Below the pieces are notes generated by a model that saw only the letters and a program-made list of their open reading frames with translations, was not told the origin of the DNA and ran no database searches. The translations under genes were made by a program, and so were the position numbers. Shown one piece after another: positions 10,408 to 23,919 of a stretch of DNA of 64,000 nt (its first letter is position 1; each line of letters opens with the position of its first letter). Location of the stretch: assembly GCA_002245135.1 (NCBI GenBank), contig NGBS01000010.1, positions 124,001-188,000 of the forward strand. The letters run 5' to 3'. The stretch is from Proteromonas lacertae (Eukaryota).

Positions 10408-11821
10408 ATGAATAATATCATTGCTATATTAGTAGTATGTACAATAATTATTATTTTATCTTCTATTATTATCTGCAAATATCAATATAAAGGTCTTAAT
10501 AACGAATGTGAGTTTTTCTATAATGATTGTGCTTTGAAGATGTTTAAAGAAATATCGCATTATAATGTAGTACCTATTACCACTGTTTCATACAAATTTT
10601 TATCGCAATTCTATAATTTTTGGTTAGTTTCTGCAACAAAAACTGGATTTAAAAGATTCATTGTTATAGCTTATGATATTCAGTCATATAAATTTGCAAA
10701 GAATTTAACTCCATTTGTGCTGAAGAATAAACAATTAATAAATCAAACAGATGAAGTTGTGTTTTCAAATAAAGATTATATAAAGGTGATTATGTCAAGA
10801 ATGTTATTAACAAAACATTTAATTGATAATGGTTTTTCAGTTTTTGTAATGGACTCAGATATAATTCTTTTTAAAAATCCTATACCATACCTATTATTGC
10901 ATAATAATTATGATATTGTTTCACATAAAGAATTACCATATGATAATAAAAATGATATAAATTGTGGTTTTATGTATTATAATATTTATAATAGCTAGAA
11001 TGTTTCGACAATCAAAAAAAATGAGAATTTTCTTTAAGAATCTAACTGAAGCAGAAGAATATGCAAATGGCACAATTATTTATGATCAAGGATATATAAA
11101 TGATAATATAATTTCAGGAAAATATAACCTTTCAGTGTATAAATTTACATTAAATCAAGCAGTATCAGGATGGATTATGATGAATACATTAGGTTTGTAT
11201 TATTATGAAGATGTTGAAAAGAGTATACTAGATTATTTAATATTACATAGTAAAAGAAAATCTAATTGTAATTCATTTTGATTGGATAATATCTTTATTT
11301 GAAAAGGAGTATAGACAAAGGGAAATGTTATATTATGAATATGATGAGAATAATTATTATTCATCATTTAGTACCAAATATTTTCAATTAAATTATAATG
11401 CAGAGAATTTGGATTTAGAGAAAAAAATAACTCTCTTTGGATTACATATCGCTCTTGTATCAGGAAGAAAATTTATTATGCCAAAATATAATTGCAGCTA
11501 CAAAAACAGATTCACGAACATTAAAGGTAAAAAGTGTACTTTAGCAGACATGTTTAATGTTGGAGGATTATCAAAGGCAAAACATTTATTTAGAGAAAAT
11601 GTATATATATATTAATTTTATAATCACAATAGTCTTTCTTAAAAAATAAAAACATACCAAGTACTATAAAATCTTCGGTTATAACATTTCATGTAAATAT
11701 TATTACTGAAAAAAGTATTAATGAACTTCTGAAAAATAAAGAAAAAGTTGTGCATATATATTTCAAGAATATCAGTTGGGATGAAAGAAATGTAAATTAT
11801 AAAATAAAGAACATTATTTGA
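10408..11821 (+). CDS. Nucleotide-diphospho-sugar transferase (GT77-like), 3 introns
   Basis: Signal anchor. Motifs MDSDIILFKNP, INCGF, DQGYIN and HFDW..K. Introns 10974-10998 (25 nt), 11223-11250 (28) and 11601-11632 (32) join three track ORFs in frame, with TGA at 11819-11821. Confidence 0.8.
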
Positions 11822-11832
11822 TAAATATTTTT

Positions 11833-12943
11833 TTACAAAATGTGAGGAAATCTAATACATTTGTTTAATTTATTATTGTCTTTTACATCTGTATATCTTT
11901 CATTGTTTATAATTTCACCATTTTCATTTATAAATGCAATTCTGTTCTTTATTTCTTCATACTTTTTATTTTTGAAGAACATATACAAAACCAGTTTAGA
12001 GTATGTACTGTAATCATTCACAATTAAATAATCAGTCATGCTAGCAAAAATAATATCCCCTACAGTTTTTTCTATACTCCTATTATCGTATACTTTAGCG
12101 CTGTGTTTAGGAATTACATTTGGCCATAATAATACAGTTTTGTTATAATTGTAAGATAATTTACTATATAAAATTGAGTTTGCTGAACTAATAAACAACC
12201 AGCATTTCTTATTGCGAGTAAGGTTATTCACAACATTAATTATTCTTTCTATAATTGAATTTTCTATATCACAATGATTAGAAATAATACAACCATCATT
12301 TGATCTATAATGTAATCCTATTTTACATTCACTATTGTATGATTCTACATACTTCAATACTTTTATTCTTATTCTCTTTTTCAGTACTACAACATTACTA
12401 AATATTTTACTGTTAGTTTGATATATTTTTTCTTTTACACTACTTCTAATATCTTTTATATATTTGTTCTTCTTAAACCATTTTAATAATTTTTTACACT
12501 TTAACAAGGTCGGTATTAAATCTAACACGTCTATTATTACATACCCTGATTTACTTGATTTAAATAGGTTATTATAGAAATCACATATATCATCGCAATA
12601 TCCTTCCCACATAAACTGAATTAGTGTATAATTAATTGAAACATATTTAATAGGATTTAAATATGCATTACTATCAATATAGTCTTTGACATATTCATAT
12701 TTATTTACTATTTTATAGAGTTGATTTTTTTATTATACAGAATAGTTTTCTATGTGATAATTGTGATAGAATAAAACTACTTGAAATTCCAAACAATCTA
12801 TTACTCAATCCACTAAAAATAATATCATTAACAAACACCTTCTTTGTCTTTCTTATTCTAAAACATACACATATGGCTACAATAGTAATTGTAACAGCTG
12901 AAATAAATGTTGATATTTTTACCATTATAATATAAACCACCAT
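11833..12943 (-). CDS. Fucosyltransferase-like GT-B protein (GT11/GT23/GT37-like), 1 intron
   Basis: Signal anchor. Motifs SGLSNRLFGISS, IGLHYRSND, LFISS and STYS. A 31-nt intron at 12708-12738 joins the two track ORFs. Confidence 0.68.
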
Positions 12944-13491
12944 ATAAACAATTGTTTTATTTATTTTACCTTTATTTTTTACTCTTTCTTTTTATCAATT
13001 TCGCAAATTATATAATATTTAATACCATAACATACATAGTAAATTTTAAAAACTAATAAAATTTATGTTTCATCCATAAAACAACATATATGTTGATTGT
13101 GAAGGTCATATTATTTTTTAAAGTGTTTATAGTATTAAAAAATTTGCTTCTACTTTAAAAAGACAAATCAGAATAAATCAAATGTAAATCAGTTACAGTT
13201 GGGCCACATTTAATTTATTTATATATTAGCTGATATATTTTTCTACACTATGGAAATAGAAGACATGATTTCTAACATACCAAAAACATATATGCTATCA
13301 TGTTAGTTTCACGCAATTTATTACCTTTATTATGTCAACGAATTTGATTTTCCTCTTAACATTCACTTTTTTAATTTTTTAATTGTCAAGCCTAAATATA
13401 AGCTTGAATCAAAATTTTTAAAAAATTTGATAATTGACACTATTTCGTATATAGCATATATAATTTAAACAACCAAAAATTCCTACAACAA

Positions 13492-16400
13492 ATGGATGAT
13501 ATACAAACAAGGTATATTTATTCTGTCTTATTATTTACTATAGAAATGTAGTAGCTTCACAATATGTATGTAATATATTTTATAGAATAGATCTTGCAAT
13601 TTGAGAATATACTGGATGATTTACAGAACAATGTAACAGATATACTGCAAAACACCTGCAGCACTATAGAAACGGATCGTTTTAGTAAAGATATTCACAC
13701 ATTATTCGATCCATTGAGATCAAATCTAAAGAAATGCTTTATTAGTTGTTCAAATATATCAAAGTTACAATCAAAGCTTGAAGAGATATACAAAACAGTA
13801 GATCAATATATAGAAATAAATAAAAGTAGTAATAGCAACTTACTAACTAGTAATGAATACTTAGTAATTCTAGAAACAATCACCAAAACTCAAAGGAAGA
13901 TAATAACTGATTTACTCGTTCCAGATGAAGATATTCTTTCAATATCATACAATAATATAATACAAAATGTTCCATCTCCAACAGCATCCTATTCTAGACG
14001 TAAAGATTCAGTTTGTTCCTGTTCATCACCAATTCATACTGACGAACCATTGGATAATGATTTAAATGAAACATCCAAATCATTATTAGAAACGGTGAAG
14101 AATAAATTGATTAGTTATCAATGTGAATTTGAGAATAACCTAGTGGAAAGATTTGTATCAGATTCTAGAGAGAAAGATGAACAGATTCAGATGTTGGAAA
14201 TGGAGTTAGAATCATGTAAACAAAATTCAAATTTTGATGAAATTAGAAAAGAATATGAGCCAATTATTGATGAGTTAGAGAATCAAATAAAGCAGTTAAA
14301 GAATGATAATAAAGATCTTCGCTTAGATTATGAGTTTGTATTATCAAATATTTCATCATTAGCCAATATTGAGAGTAATAATGATAATAATGATAATGAC
14401 GAGAATGGTGTATTTACAGATGGTTTAACTCCTTCATCTTGTTATATTGATAATTTGGAAAAGATCCAAAAAGACTTAATGACAATGAATAAAGAATTGA
14501 AAGGAATAATTGAAAGAAAGAATTTATATATAAACTCATTAGACTTGGAGAAAATAGAGAAATATAATGAGAATATAAAAGCTGTAGATGAGATAGTAAA
14601 AGAGTCAATAGATCATCCTAACAAGTTATTAGCTAAACAATTCCAACAGATTAGTTTATTAATAAAGAATATAGGTGATATATCTCAAGATTATCAGAAT
14701 ATGAAAAACCAAATAAAAGATGAAATGAGATTAGAAATGAAAGAATCATATAGAGCAATTGAACAAGAACATACATTCAAATACCAAAAATTATTAGAAA
14801 AATACCAAAAAGAAGTAGAGCAACATTCATTAGATAAATCAAAATATGAAAAATTAAAAATTGACACAAATCTACTAATCAGTTGGTATAAAGAGGAGTT
14901 GAAACAATATTTAGAATCTTACCCAATGGAAGATGATAATGACAATATAGATACTGAAGATCCAACTACTATTGATGGACCAAAACGATATAAAGACTTA
15001 TTATATGAATATCATTTACAACATCATCAATCTACCTTAAAAGATGTAACAATACAATATTTAAGAGGAGTATTAGATAAAGAGAAAAAGAAGAGAATAA
15101 TATCAAACCAAAGGTTTGTGGATATGATAAAAGATTTTGATGATTTGAAGAAACAATATTTGAAGTTGTTAATATCTGATAATACGAAGATAAGTGAGTT
15201 AAATAGTTTGAGATCGACATTAAAACATACACTATTAGAGAGAAAAGAGAATGGTGATGAAGAGTTGAATGATATACCACTCAAGGAGGATTATAAATCC
15301 ATTCCAATTTGATACATCTATTGATTTAGTAGTAGATAAAATTGATGAAACTCTGAGTGATATAAATGAAATTTGTAATATAGATGAAGTTCCAAAAACA
15401 GGTAAAGAGACTGTATATAGCAAATGGTCAAAGAAAATAACAGAATTGGAAGATATTATTGAACAAAGAGATGATTCTTTAAATGATAAAGAGTTTTTAT
15501 TGAAACAGAATAATAAACTGATTGAATTAGAATCAAAGATAAGAGAGAAAGATAATCAAATTAATGACTTTGTAGTACAATTAAATGAGATTCAAAATGG
15601 TGTTTTTGTAATGGAAGATATTGATAAGAATGAAGATGGTAATGGTAATAATGATAGTAGTGATGTATCTACAAATTCAAAGAAATTTAAGAATCTGTTA
15701 AAAGAAAAAGAAAAGGAAAATCGATGAACTAAATCAAACTTTAGAAGATTTAACAATAGAAAATGATAATATGAAATACTTATTAGATGGTTCAAGAGAA
15801 TCAACAATTGGATCAATTGTCACTGTTACCAACAAATATAAAACTAACAGTCAATGAATATTCTGATTTGAACATATTTGAAACATCCATTGAAGATGTT
15901 GAAGATGTGAGTGACACTGCAGAATATCAAGCGTTATTACACGATTTTGATTTATTAACTATTGAGTATAATAAACTAAAATCAAGAAAAGGAGATAATG
16001 AAAATGGTGAATATGATGATAATGAAAATGATAATTTGGAGAGTAGAAAGTTGGATGAAGCATTAGTAGAGAATGAAGAATTGAAGTTGGAACTACAAAA
16101 TGCTGATGAATTGAATGCAGATTTACAAGCTGAAATATCATCTCTACGATATAAATTAGAGAATAAAGAAGATAAGAGTCTAAATGAAAGAGTTTGATAT
16201 AGATGAAATGAAGATTGAAATAGATAATTATAAGAGTCAAATAAAACTGTTGGAAGAACAACATCATAATGATGCTGATAATTATGAAAGTGAATTATTA
16301 TCGAAAGATGAAGAACTTATAAAGTTAAGAGATGAATATGAGAGATTGCAGAAAGAAATGGAGTTATTAAAGAATAGTGATGAAATAAGTAAAGAAGGAA

Positions 16401-19400
16401 TAGATGAAAATGCTAAAGAGATTCAGAATTTAAGTCTTCAATTAGATGAAAAGGATGAAGTGATTATTAATTATGAAGAAGAAATAGATAAGTTAAAGAA
16501 TAGAGTGAGTAAGTTAGAGAATGATTTACAGAATAAAAAGAATGAAACGAGTATATTAGAAGATAATTTAGCTGATGTATCATCCTTACAATCTGCCTAT
16601 GATCTTTTACTTGTAGAAAAGTCAATATATGAAGAAGAGAATCAAAAATTAAAGAAACAATTGGATGATTTGAATTTACATATTCAGAATAACAATGATA
16701 ATTTCTTAGCTGATTTAAGAAGTCAATACGAGTCAAAATTACAGGAATTACAAGATCAGGTAAATAGAATAACATTATCACCAGTTGCAGATGATAATAA
16801 TAATACTGAAGATAATAATAATAATAATAATAATAATGGTGAAGGTATGGATTTAAGAAGAAGTAAAAAGATAGGAATTGAAGATTTACAGAAACAAAAT
16901 GAATTAGTATGGAATGAGAATAGAAATTTGAGAGATAAATTAAGACAAATTGAAACAAAGTTATTGGTTTTAGAAACATCAAAGCAAGTAGAAATCGAAG
17001 AGAAAGATCAAATAATTAATTCATTAAATGAACAGTTAAAGAAATCGAATGAGGGGAATATAAATGCAATGAAGAAGAGGTATGAAAATCGAATAATTGA
17101 ACTAACCAATGAATTGAATGAATTAAAAGCATTACAAACCATTAAAGAGGAAACAAATGAACAGAATTATTCTTCAATTGTATTTGAGAAAAATGCACAA
17201 ATTATGAATTTAAAGATGGAGAATTCTCAATTGAAAGATGGTATAGAATCAATAAAAGAAGAATATGATAACAAAATTCATGAATTAGAAACTAGAAATA
17301 TATTACTACAAGATAGTATGGAAACATTAACAAAGACTAATTCAACATTAAAAGAAAAGATAAACGAGCAATTGAACTTAATATCACAGAATCAATCAAC
17401 TGATTATGAATTACAAATGTTACGAAAAGAAAAAGAAAAGAATATGGAGATTATTAGCCAACTACAGAAGACAATAGAAACAATCGAATTATTGAAGAAT
17501 CAACCTGAATTATTAGCGAAATATATTGATCAAACAGATAGAATAAAAGACTTGACTTCTTTATTGGATGAACAAACAAAAAGATATGTTATAGAAATAT
17601 CAGAAATGTCTAATTATGTGAATGAATTAAAGAGTGATAAATCACTCTTACAACTTGATTATGAGACATTATACAGTCAATATTTGAATGAGAAAAAGAA
17701 GAATGATGAAGAGAATTCTGATAAAATACATCACTTGAAAGAATTGGAAGATGAAATAAAGAGAATAACAAAAGATAATGATTATGAAACATGTGAATTT
17801 CTACAATCATATGCAAAGAAATTAATAAAGACTGTTGAATCAGATATGGAAGTTGAAACTCATTTATATAAAGACTATATATCACAGAATTTGTCACAAA
17901 TCATAACACTACTTCAAGCATTATATGATCAATTAATAAAGAAAGATGGAAAAATGCCAAAGTCAAAAGAACTTCGTAATAAATTAGAAGATATTAGAAT
18001 TTTAATTCAGCAATATCCTGATGCAATGACAAGTGCATTACAGATTTCTAAGAAAGATCGAAGAGATATCAAAATATTGAAACGAAATGGCAAACATTTT
18101 GAAGAATATTATAAGAAAGTAAAGAATGAAAAAATGAAACAAGAGAAAAAATTCAATGAAGAAAGAAGAAAGTGGAGATATGATTATTATAGAAAATTGA
18201 GAATAATTCAAGAAGAATGTGATCAAAAAGTGGCAAGTCTTTGTTCTAGACTACGAAAAATAGAAGAAAAGCATAATAAAGAAGTTAAAGAATTAGGTAA
18301 GAATTATTGGGATAAATTCTTAAAAGCTGAAAAGGCTAATCGTAATAGATTATTGAGTTTGAGAAGTAATGATACTTCCTATCAATATAATGGTAAAGAT
18401 TATGGAAGAGCAAGAAGACAGTCAACGCTGTTATTAAAAGCATTAGCTCCATTGCCAGAAGAGAAAGAAGATGAAGAAAAGAAGGGTAATAATACAATAA
18501 AGAGTAGTAATGCAAATAATAATAAAACAATGAAAAATGCAGTAAAGAAAGTGTCAAATGGTATTAAAACTACAAAATTAATGAAACCAACAACAAAGAC
18601 TAATGTAAAACCAATAACCAAATCAGCTCCAATTGCTAAAAGAAAGGTAAAAGAAGATAATAAAAAACCTCTATATAAAACACAAATGACTAATAAACTA
18701 AGTAAATATGAAAGTAAATTAAGAAAACCGACTGTAAAGGCAGTAACATTAGCAACAATTGGATTTAGTAAGAAATCTAATAATAAACCAAAAACACAAA
18801 AAGTAGAAGATGTTCCTGTTAAAAAGACAATTAGATCAACAATTCCATCACATATTATACCTAAAAGTAAAAAACTTTTGAAGAAAAAAGTGAATGAAGA
18901 TAGTAATGATGAAAAATCAAAAATACCAAGAAGTCCTAAGATGAAGAGAATGAATAATATTCCAAATGAGAAAAATGAAAAAGAAGAAGAAGAAAAAGAT
19001 AATGAAGAAACAACACACACAATGATTCCAAAACCTGGAACTATACACTTCAATAAAGAAGATAATGACAATAATACTATAACCAATAGCAAATCATTAT
19101 CAAACTCAAGAAGAATATCCAAAATCAAACCACCAACAGATGTGAAATTATCATTTTCATCTAATGATAATGACAATATTATAAATAATCAGATGAGTAT
19201 GTCAGTCGATGGAAGAAGAAGAATTTCAAAAATAAAACCTCCAACAAATCTTAGTAGTAGTTATCGAGATAAAAACAGTCAGAATTTGAAACAGTTTAGT
19301 AATAAAGATCTTCCTCCACCTAAACCTATTAATAGAAACAAACAAATGAATGATTTAGCAAAATCGAAAGAAGAAAATGAATATGATACTCCAGAAAAGA

Positions 19401-19543
19401 GAAACAGAGTTAATTCAATTGAACCATTATTAGATAATTCAGATTCTGAACCATCAATGCTAACAAATTTCTTAAAACCTCCAAGTGAATATGCTAATAT
19501 AATATCGAAGAGAAAATCGACTTTAAAGAAAGGTAATGAATAA
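13492..19543 (+). CDS. Large (~2000 aa) coiled-coil protein with a basic S/P/K-rich tail; 2 introns and four +1 frameshifts
   Basis: ATG at 13492 with introns 13512-13543 (32 nt) and 13566-13590 (25 nt) leads in frame into the ORF at 13594. Track ORFs 13594, 15269, 15787 and 16184 plus a short linker join through +1 shifts near 15297, 15718, ~15840 and 16189. Heptad E/K/L/Q composition throughout. Confidence 0.75.
16794..16837 (+). repeat. (AAT)n coding microsatellite (poly-Asn)
   Basis: gat aat aat aat act gaa gat (aat)8. Confidence 0.85.
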
Positions 19544-19617
19544 TGTATTGTGTTTATAAATAAAATGTATTAAAGAATAATAATAATATATTGTAATTTT
19601 AACTTTTTTTTTATTTT

Positions 19618-20000
19618 TTAATAATATTTAATAATAAAATTGATTATTCTAAATTGCAGAATTCTTTTTATTTCAATTGATGAAAATGTATTTAACAATG
19701 ATTTTAATTCTGATCTATTAATATTTTCTTTTATTGTTATTGATAATTCATCTAAACAATTAAAGACTTCTTCATTTTCTTTCATTATCTTCAATTCACC
19801 TCGTTTAATACATTTCCTGATATATCTATCTTTCTTATTAAATCTACTTCATTAGCATTTTTTTCTATACCGCTCTTTTATCATTTTCATAAAAATGCAT
19901 ATAATACTTCTAAATTTGATAAATTATTTTAAATATATGTTTCAATATCAAGATTTTGAGAAAATGAAATAATGAAGAAAGCATTTATGAAGATATACAT
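19618..20000 (-). CDS. Possible small hypothetical gene or remnant
   Basis: Open frame FNKKDRYIRKCIKRGELK...FIIKYY*, a candidate 27-nt intron at 19844-19870, and a hydrophobic MYIFINAFFIISFS at 20000 that does not join cleanly. Confidence 0.3.
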
Positions 20001-20056
20001 ATTAAAGTATCTATCCTACTAGAAAACAGTTTAGAATCAAAATAAAGTAATATGCT

Positions 20057-20508
20057 TTAGAAATTATATATTAATGCGTTACCATCATCACCACTAGCCA
20101 CTAAACAGTTTTCAGTTGCAGCTATGCAACGAACTGCAGCTTGATTTGCTCCTAAACCATACAATAGTTTACCTTCTTTCATATCATGAGCCATTAACAT
20201 ACCTCTTCCATCTCCACTTAAACAAATATCACCAACTAAATGCAATGAATAAATAAAGTCAGTATGTTCTGTAAAAGTGTATAAAGGGTAATTGGCATTT
20301 CGAATATCCAGAACATGAACTTGATTATCAGCTCCAGCAGTAGCAACAAAAGGTATACCATTATAATTTGTATACTATACACACAATATACAATATAATA
20401 ACATATATATACTTCAATATTACCAACAGCTCCACATCCATGTAATGGCAAATTCTTCACACAGTGTTTTGTATCTCGTGGATCCCATATTTTAACACAA
20501 CCATCCTA

Positions 20509-20548
<40 letters not shown>

Positions 20549-21807
20549 GTGCACCAGTGTATAATAAAGGTGTATCAAATACAACAGGTGGTAATATTCT
20601 TACTGCAGTAACATGACCTTTATGACCACTTAATTTAGCAGTATTTCTTCCATTTCCTATATCCCAAACTGCAGCCACACTTCCTCTATCTCCTGTCAAT
20701 AAATAACCACAATTCCAATCCATACATAATATTGGAGCACTATTTGAAACATAATTATATATATATACTTATGACCAAATAATCTATCACTCATTGATTT
20801 ACTTCTAGTATCCCAAACAATTATAGATTTATCATAACTTGTACTGATTATATACGATCCAGTTTCACTAGACATTACACACGATACTGATTCACTATGA
20901 CCAATCAAATCAAAGCAACGAGTACCACCACTTGGCCATAAACAAATCTTCTTATCCATTGCTCCACTGGCTATTCTTCCATCAGGTAAATAACATACAC
21001 AAGTAACCCATTCTTCATGTCCATGATGTCTTTGTATATAAAGTTCTTCTCTTTTTACCTGTTAAATCATATTCATATAATGCATGATCTGCGTTACCAA
21101 GTACAAATGTATTTTTAAGTAAATCCATACATAAAACATTTCTGTCACTTGAATCACATAATATTCCATCAGGATTGATTGGTTGTTTATACCATTGTCT
21201 TGCTATTTAATTATATTATATATTATATATATATATATATATACATAATATTCCACTGATATATCTATGGAATCCATCACCATATACTCCTGATTGAATA
21301 TGAATTTGACTTGGATCTTGAATATTTGGTAAATCGATTTTTTCACCATGACTATTTATATTATTAATCTATTATAAATATATACGCTCTTAATATATCA
21401 TCAAATTCTGCCATATATGCATCATTTGTTTCATGAGAATTAGCCATACTGCCTTTTGGAGCACCTGATACAGTTTTAGCTTTCTTTGCTGCAGCTGCTG
21501 CTGATGCTCTATATATTACAATTACTACCACATGAATCAATACGTTAATCTTTTCACAGAGGATGGTTTAACAAATAATCCTCTACCTGGTTTGCATTCA
21601 AAATATCTAACTCCTTCTAAACTTCCATCATTTTTGCCAGTATCATCATCTAGTTCAACACCAATCCAAGTTCCTGGCTATGAAAATTACATCAAAAAGT
21701 CTTACCTGACAATATGTATCTCCTATATATCTCACTGTTCCAACTCTAATTGGTTTACCTTTAACTTCAACTGAAACTCTTTCTCCAATATCAACTAAAA
21801 CAGGCAT
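20057..21807 (-). CDS. CAP-Gly domain + WD40-repeat protein, about 7 short introns
   Basis: Spliced N-terminus [52 protein letters not shown] contains the GKNDG CAP-Gly signature. WD40 repeats follow: [40 protein letters not shown]. One +1 shift near 21031. The start codon is approximate. Confidence 0.85.
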
Positions 21808-21917
21808 AAAAGTGAAAAGAAAAACAACATAAAACGGCTGTATTTTTTATTTAAAACATTTAAATGCTGTTTTTCTCAATAAGGAATTATTTTAAGATAT
21901 TTGTAAATAAGAGATCA

Positions 21918-22880
21918 ATGTCAGATATAGTATTAACACCTAAAGGGTTCATCAGAAAAAGAAATACTGAAGTATAGAAGAATTGTTTGTAATTATAGAA
22001 AATATATCTTCCATACTACTTTCCTTTCAAATCAATACCTTATGATCCAAAGATGCATGATGTATTTCCATCATATTATACTGATTTACTTTTACATCAA
22101 GTTCTACAAACAAATAAACTAACTCCTTTAGAATTAAACAATAGTATTTAATATAATTATGTTGTTAATAGTGTTTTCACAAAGCATTATTAAAATATTG
22201 ACAAATATGAATAAAATTAACAGAAAACTAAGGTCACTCATGCATTTGAAATTATTTAATTATTTTCAATACATGAACAAGAATTGTATATATATAATAT
22301 ATCTATTTGCCAATGTATTTAGTAAGTGATAAAGGGTTTAAACTAGAATATGGTTATAAAGATATAGACTATTGTTCTTTTTATGATATAAAGTTTCTAT
22401 TAAATGTTTTTCGTAATTATAATATCACATCAGAGAAAGAATTACCCCATGTATATATGGTTAACAAAAAATATCCTATTTGGGTTGAAAAGAGTATGAA
22501 ATTATGGTTAATTTTATGATTAGAATTTCTAGAAGCTTTATCTCCTGAATCACTTAAGCCACAAGAAATATTTGATCAATTCCAAGGTGGAACATTAGTA
22601 ATAAAGATGAAAATAATAGGAAATGAGAAATTTAAAGTAATTGCAGATGATAACAAGACTATATTGGAAGGAGATGATAATGTATAGAAATATTAATTAT
22701 AATGTAATTGAATAGTATCATTTAGGATATCATATCTTTCAATTTGAAGTTGAATTAGATAAAAACCAACTGTTTCCTAGACCAGCATATGTATCTGATA
22801 TAAATAGTGTATTAGGGGGAAATTTAATAAGTTTACCACATAAGCCAGTATTAGATAGGAATAAATTAATATCTTCTTAA
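21918..22880 (+). CDS. Hypothetical protein with 5 introns (C-terminus weakly reminiscent of a Tim44-like domain)
   Basis: Introns 21972-21998, 22144-22171, 22286-22322, 22494-22523 and 22682-22715 give a continuous frame from MSDIVLTPKG to HIFQFEVELD..YVSDINSVLGGN...SS*. Confidence 0.7.
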
Positions 22881-22963
22881 TTTTGGTGTTAAAAGATACT
22901 ATCTCTTTTTAACAAAACAGAATAATAATAATAATAATAATAGCAATATTTATAAGTATTACT

Positions 22964-23684
22964 CTATAAATTTGGATGAACACCTAAAAATTGTGAATCT
23001 ATTTCTCTAATTCCGTTTACATCAACAACTTTAGTTATAAAATTGGTTTCGTTAATAAATGATCTAGTGTAAAGTGCATTAACACATGTCTTTAATAGTG
23101 ATTTAGCTTCATCTAAATTCATATTATCCTAAATAAAAAATAAAAATATATATATTGTATATCTAATACTTTGTATTGTTCATCGCATATAGCTTGAGTG
23201 AATGTACCGGCTACTCCTTGCACCGTGTATTTCATTGGACGTAATGCTGCCATATAGTCAAGATAGTAGAGTGATGGACCACAATCATCATCATAACCTG
23301 CAATAAGCATATCACATTGATAAGGTCCTTTTCTCAAAGCTTCGGCCAATTCTTTTCTGATGAAATGAGCTGCTGAGTGAGTACTTGATTCATATGAATT
23401 TCTGAGTCTGAAAAGTGTTAAATTCTTTTGTATATATTCTGAAAAAACGACTCTATCACCTGCATCTCCAACTAAAGCAAGCATTTTTCTATTATCAATT
23501 GAAACAATCTATTTCATATAGAAAATGCAAATTAAAAAATACTTTATCTTCATCTTGTTTATAGTTCAAAAAAGAATAAGGAGCATTACTATCAGCGGTA
23601 ATTATAACAAAGCTACATAAAAAAATAGGCAAATGAATAACTTATAGTATACTCTTTGCCTTTAATTCCGATAAGAGCTTCCAT
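22964..23684 (-). CDS. PSMB2: 20S proteasome subunit beta type-2 (beta4), 3 introns
   Basis: MEALIGIKGKDFVIITAD...KQDEDKI...GDAGDRVVFSEYIQKNL...AAHFIRKELAEALRKGPYQ..LIAGYD...GPSLYYLDY...KVVDVNGIRE. Introns are 23613-23652, 23509-23542 and 23129-23169. Confidence 0.95.
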
Positions 23685-23919
23685 ATGCGATTGCTATGTC
23701 AAAAATGCAAAGAAGTAAAGTTAGAATTTATGATGTTTTCGAACACCAATTTTAATTGGGAAGAATAAAGTGACTTTTTTACCACTTTTTGGCGGTCAAA
23801 CCAAGCTTTTTGTATTACGTTGGTAGGATCATTTTTTTGACTATAAATACATTTGTCCAACGTATAAATATCATTTTATTCATTATCTGATTATAATTGT
23901 ATAGGGTCTACAACTAAAA

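Noticed and set aside
1..12943. Bacterial contaminant or chimeric contig as the source of the operon-like cluster
   Set aside because: Three cluster genes carry spliceosomal introns of the same type as PSMB2, and base composition is continuous with the rest of the window.
18400..19176. 258-aa hydrophobic antisense ORF
   Set aside because: It is the mirror of the Lys/Asn/Glu-rich sense strand (AAA read as TTT) and has no motifs of its own.
23788..23795. TTTGGCGG (E2F-like site) in the divergent PSMB2/giant-gene promoter
   Set aside because: A single 8-mer with no other support.
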